Origin: Tubulanus polymorphus
Lineage: Eukaryota > Animalia > Nemertea
NCBI RefSeq assembly: GCF_964204645.1
Contig: NC_134034.1
Location: 9,684,962 to 9,748,961, forward strand
Direction: 5' to 3'
Length of the DNA: 64,000 bases
Positions 59,710-64,000 of the stretch are shown piece by piece. Under the pieces are notes generated by a model. That model saw nothing but the letters and a program-made list of their open reading frames with translations. It did no database searches and was not told the DNA's origin. The stretch's first letter is position 1. Every line of letters begins with the position of its first letter. The position numbers and the translations under genes were made by a program.

Positions 59710-62700
59710 CTGCAAAATAAAGACATAAAACACGCGAAATTAACGACGCGTTCTGCGGTAAATCGAGTTAACTTCTAGAAAAGATGTCTGCCTCCATAAA
59801 TCCAATTTTTGAAAGTAGTCAGTCAAACTTTTTAGTTACCTGAAAAAATGCAGACGGCCGTAAGCAACGCGTATTCGGCATTATCGACGAACATCTGACC
59901 CATCGCTCGACAAAAATCGTACATGATATCGGTAAAATCAGCCAGTCCGCCTATACGCAGTTTCTAAACGGTGTTCCGTCCGAGAAAATGATCGCGTCGG
60001 TTTTCACATCGTAGCGTCGAGCAGTTCGTAACATCATCACTTCAGATGCCGAGCCCTACATTCAACAAAATAACTAATCATAATTTTACTGAATCGTTGA
60101 ATTTGTTGAGAATGAGAGGGTCTTGATTGATGCACCCTGTAGTGTCATCAGGTTCAAATCCCTGTGAGGGAGGATGTGTCTACTAGGGCAGGGGTTTGTA
60201 CTGTGACAGAGTCTCATGATGCCACCAGGTTCAAATCCCTGTGAGGGAGGATGTGTCTACTAGGACAGGGGTTTGTACTGTGACAGAGTCTCACGATGTC
60301 ATCAGGTTCAAATCCCTGCGAGGGAGGATGTGTCTACTAGGGCAGGGGTTTGTACTGTTACAGAGTCTCATGATGTCATCAGGTTCAAATCCCTGTGAAG
60401 GAGGATGTGTCTACTAGGGCAGGGGTTTGTACTGTGATGGAGTCTCACAATGCCACCAGGTTCAAATCCCTGTGAGGGAGGATGTGTCTACTAGGACAGG
60501 GGTTTGTACAGTGACGGAGTCTCACGATGTCATCAGGTTCAAATCCCTGCGAGGGAGGATGTGTCTACTAGGGCAGGGGTTTGTACTGTTACAGAGTCTC
60601 ATGATGTCATCAGGTTCAAATCCCTGTGAGGGAGGATGTGTCTACTAGGACAGGGGTTTGTACTGTGACAGAGTCTCATGATTTCATTAGGTTCAAATCC
60701 CTACGCAATTATCGTTCCTATCCTCATCAATATAATTGCGACACTCCGATTCATCATACCTTCAATAACATGATCTGATCTTTGCGATCGAGTTCTTGAA
60801 AGCCGGGTAATTCCTTGGCGTACTCTACGACTAAATGGGTCGTCTGCAACGTAGCTATGGACATCTGCATGAATAGTAGTTGTTCATACTGCGACGAATC
60901 AGTGCAATCTGCCATCTGTAAATGCTGAAACACATAACAATTAACATAATTAATTCATCAAATAATAGTGTAAGTTTCCTAATACTTTAACCACTTCCAG
61001 TCAATTTTTTTAAGATGGCTTCCATTATAAAATCTCCATGACATGGCCAGAAAGGATTTCACTCACAGACCTCGCAAAAATATGGCCGCCTCCTACGTAA
61101 ATCCCCTGATGACATCTTCGAATTACCTATAGAAGAAACCTCAAGAGAAAGATGGCTGCCGCCATATACACCCTGTATCGTATTGCAGAATAACCTACTG
61201 AAATTATCTATAAACCTTACGGTGATGAACCCCCAATGACATCATCAAATTGCCGAATGATCTGAAGAATATCCCAGATATGGTGACATGACCAAATCAG
61301 TTGTTGATTTACATTGAATCCCCCAATGACATCACCAAATCGTGTTTTAATTCGACCATATAAACCTCCCACAAATTCCCCTATGACATCATGACAATGT
61401 GTGATCACGTATCACAATCTATTGTTGCTATGCCGATGCGATGTTAATTTTGCCCGTGTCCATTTTTGGATTCAAATATTTTCGAATATAATGCGGCCCA
61501 GCGAGTTTGTCCTAGTTGCCGATTACTTGAGTGTTTTTCGCTCTCGACGAATGGAGGGAAAGAGAAGTATAGTATAAAGAGTCGGTCGATATTTTAGTGA
61601 ACGTGAATATCATGTTTGCACACACTTCAGTCAGACGCTGCATTCGCATAAATGGCGATATTTTTTAACGTATTTGTATCGAAGAGAGGGAGAGGGGGAG
61701 CGAGGGGAGAGGGAGATGAGCGAAGAGGCGGATTGAAGGAGAGGTAAGGGAGAGGGAGAAGAGGTTGAGGCAAAGGATGGAGATGGATGGAGATGGATGG
61801 AGAGAAAGAGAAGGATGAGAGCGAGAAGTTATTGAGGCAGATGAAGAGGGATAGGGATGAGAGGGAGACAGAGAGAGAGGAAGGAGAGGGAATGAGGAAA
61901 GAGGTAAGAGCAAGAAAACTAAGTGGTTGAGGCAGAGGGAGAGAGATGAGAGGGAGATGGAGAGAGAGGGAGACGGGTAAGAGTGAGTAGTGGTAGAGAC
62001 AGAGGGAGGAGAGAGGGACAAAAATGGGCAGTGAACAAGGAGGGGAGGGAGAGGGAGGCAGACGGCATGGACAGAGGTGGAGACAAAAGGTAGAGAGGTA
62101 AAGAGAGGGCATGGAGAGGGACTTCCACCTCGGTGTCAGCTGAAGCGAACAAACTGTCAACTTATAATCATCGTCGTTCAAATAACAATAAAATTTCACG
62201 TCGTTCCAATCGCGGATAGCGAGATACCGATAACACTTGACCGATGAAAAACCCGGTTAAAATTTCAATAACATCTGACCTATTTTACTCGTTAGAAATG
62301 ACGCCGTCATCATTATACGGCAGAAATACTCGACCATCGAGGCACGGTGATTTATTTATCCGCGGTTAGAATTAATTAGAAAAATATGAATCAATTCCTG
62401 TAATGCCTGGCGGCGGCGGTAATACGATGATACAAACAGTTGCAGTCAGTGAACTGATTTTCGAAGAAGGGTAAATATTGAATACACAGAAGGTGAACTA
62501 CCTCCCGAAGATGATATCGATTCTCAGTTTCGTGACAGCAGCAGCAGCTGTCCCGTCTAGCTCATACATATGTGCTGTTTTACACACTCTACAGCCTATC
62601 TATGTTAGAACATTCAACTGACACAAGGACGCACTATTAGGTATTAGGTGAAATATGGCATGAGGGGGTGTAATATGGCATGACGGGGTGAAATATGGCG

Positions 62701-63516
62701 TGAGGGGTGTAATATGGCATGACGGGGTTAATATGATGGGGGGTTGAATATGGCATGAGGGTGTAATATGGTGTGAGGGGTTAATATGACATGGGGGATG
62801 GTTGAATATGGCGTGAGGGTGTAATATGGCATAACAAGGTGAAATATGGCGTGAGGGTGTAATATGGCGTGAGGGGATAGTTGAATATGGCATTAGGGGT
62901 GTAATATGGCGTAAGGGGTATAATATGGCGTGAGGGGTATAATATGGCGTGACAGGGTGTAATATGGCGTGACAGGGTGTAATATGGCGTGAGGGTGTAA
63001 TATGGCGTGAGGGGTTAATATGACATGGGGTGTGATTGAATATGGCGTGATGGGTGTAATATGGCGTGAGGGGGTAGTTGAATATGGCGCGATCAACTAA
63101 CACTTACTGGCAGTTTATCGTCGTCGCTCGACGGTAACTCATATCGTTCCTGTAAGAATACAGTGCGTTCTATTAAACCGCGGTGTTTATCGCATAGTAA
63201 TTCTAGTGGATTATCCTCGATCAGCGCCACCTGGCGATACGGCATGTTACGAACTCCGCCGCTATCCGGCTGTACGTCGCTGCTCTCGCTGCTGTCGTGG
63301 TGATCGCGTTTCTTGCGTAGTTTCGTTTTTCGCCGCGTCATTCGCGCTTTGCACTGTTCCTCCGATAGGAGACCTGCGAATATGTAATCGATGACTTAAT
63401 CGGAATAATATGCGTGCAAAACGTAACCGGAATCACTAGGATTTATGAGACTACAATATTTCTAATATTCGCCATAGATAGGGTTATCAAAGCTACCCCG
63501 AGGGGTAAATCCTCAA

Positions 63517-63561
<45 letters not shown>

Positions 63562-63707
63562 CTTACATTCAGCTCTCATTCCGACCTCTCGACAGCGTCT
63601 CAATCGACAGTATTGACACTTTCGTCTCATCCACATGTCCATCTCGCAGTTGCCGCCGGTTTTACACGTGTACTTCGCTTCCCTCGTGATACTGCGTCGG
63701 AAAAAAC
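59474..63707 (-). CDS. EcR: Nuclear receptor NR1H (ecdysone receptor/LXR/FXR group), 3' part; frameshifted in the LBD as assembled
   Basis: Exons 63567-63707 ([48 protein letters not shown]), 63108-63373 (hinge/H1), 60760-60924 ([23 protein letters not shown]), 59840-60055 ([13 protein letters not shown]...[15 protein letters not shown]) and 59474-59709 (ERPG...[11 protein letters not shown]...[12 protein letters not shown]). The first zinc finger lies beyond 64000. Confidence 0.88.
59840..60055 (-). CDS. EcR: NR1H LBD helix 5-8 exon with an apparent 7-nt deletion/frameshift
   Basis: The two halves are conserved in different frames; in-frame TAG at 59951-59953. Confidence 0.8.
60143..60702. 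repeat. 77-bp tandem array with a B-box-like GGTTCAAATCCC in each unit
   Basis: Motif at 60151, 60228, 60305, 60382, 60459, 60536, 60613 and 60690. Confidence 0.95.
60760..60924 (-). CDS. EcR: NR1H LBD helix 3-4 exon
   Basis: LBD signature [21 protein letters not shown]. Confidence 0.9.
61680..62120. repeat. GA-rich low-complexity tract
   Basis: Mostly purine plus strand. Confidence 0.85.
62650..63090. repeat. About 19-bp minisatellite (AATATGGCGTGAGGGGTGT)n
   Basis: Direct inspection. Confidence 0.9.
63108..63373 (-). CDS. EcR: NR1H hinge/helix-1 exon
   Basis: CLLSEEQCK...LQERYELPS. Confidence 0.88.
63567..63707 (-). CDS. EcR: NR1H DBD second zinc-finger exon
   Basis: [12 protein letters not shown] signature of NR1H. 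Confidence 0.92.
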
Positions 63708-63784
63708 CTGCGAAAGAAAATAATATATTCCGGATTTGGAGAAAACGAAAACTGGAACGTAAAAATTACGCATCATTAATTCGC

Positions 63785-64000
63785 TTAACCCTTTCAATGC
63801 GTCTACACCGCAGTGCGGTGTATGAATCGGTGATGGATTTTGCTAGTACACCGCACTGCGGTGTATTGATGTAATTAGTAATTAGTTTTATCTGCATTGA
63901 AAGATGGCAGCACCTGTCAAACATAATGAAATATCAGTAACTAACGATACACTGCACCGTGGTGTAGACGCACTATAGTGGTATTCCTGTTATTCAACAC
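63785..64000 (+). mobile_element. piggyBac-like MITE (cut by window edge)
   Basis: Left TIR plus internal sequence. Confidence 0.8.

Noticed and set aside
60143-60702. Hammerhead on the minus strand (CTGATGA...GAGAC..GTC) or a true tRNA gene array
   Set aside because: No stem II or GAAA box, and the dispersed monomer reads CTGATGG; no cloverleaf either. A simple hairpin explains the pairing.

Overview
Intron-rich animal genomic DNA, probably a lophotrochozoan-type invertebrate, with five protein-coding genes reconstructed by reading splice sites. (1) Class-I myosin MYO1D/G (minus strand, 18 exons in 542-14612, 3' end outside the window, first intron GC-AG). (2) Inositol polyphosphate 1-phosphatase INPP1 (minus, 6 coding exons, 19893-24539). 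(3) CDK12/13 (plus, 11 exons, 26700-40187), head-to-head with INPP1. (4) UBE2D-type E2 with an intronless CDS (44790-45233), probably a retrogene. (5) The 3' part of an NR1H (EcR/LXR/FXR-type) nuclear receptor (minus, 59474-63707). Introns and intergenic DNA are dense with MITEs (piggyBac-, Harbinger-, pogo-, hAT- and P/Galileo-like), a Helentron-type HINE, satellites and microsatellites. Most notable: a complete minimal (Penelope-type) hammerhead ribozyme motif overlapping an AATAAA just downstream of UBE2D, with two decayed relatives; an apparent 7-nt frameshifting deletion in the NR1H ligand-binding domain; seven intronic piggyBac-like MITEs that all point the same end at the nearest exon; 30-160 bp palindromic micro-elements with 7-8 bp target duplications; and a 77-bp B-box/hairpin tandem array with a 3-unit higher-order structure. 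All calls are by eye, with no database search.
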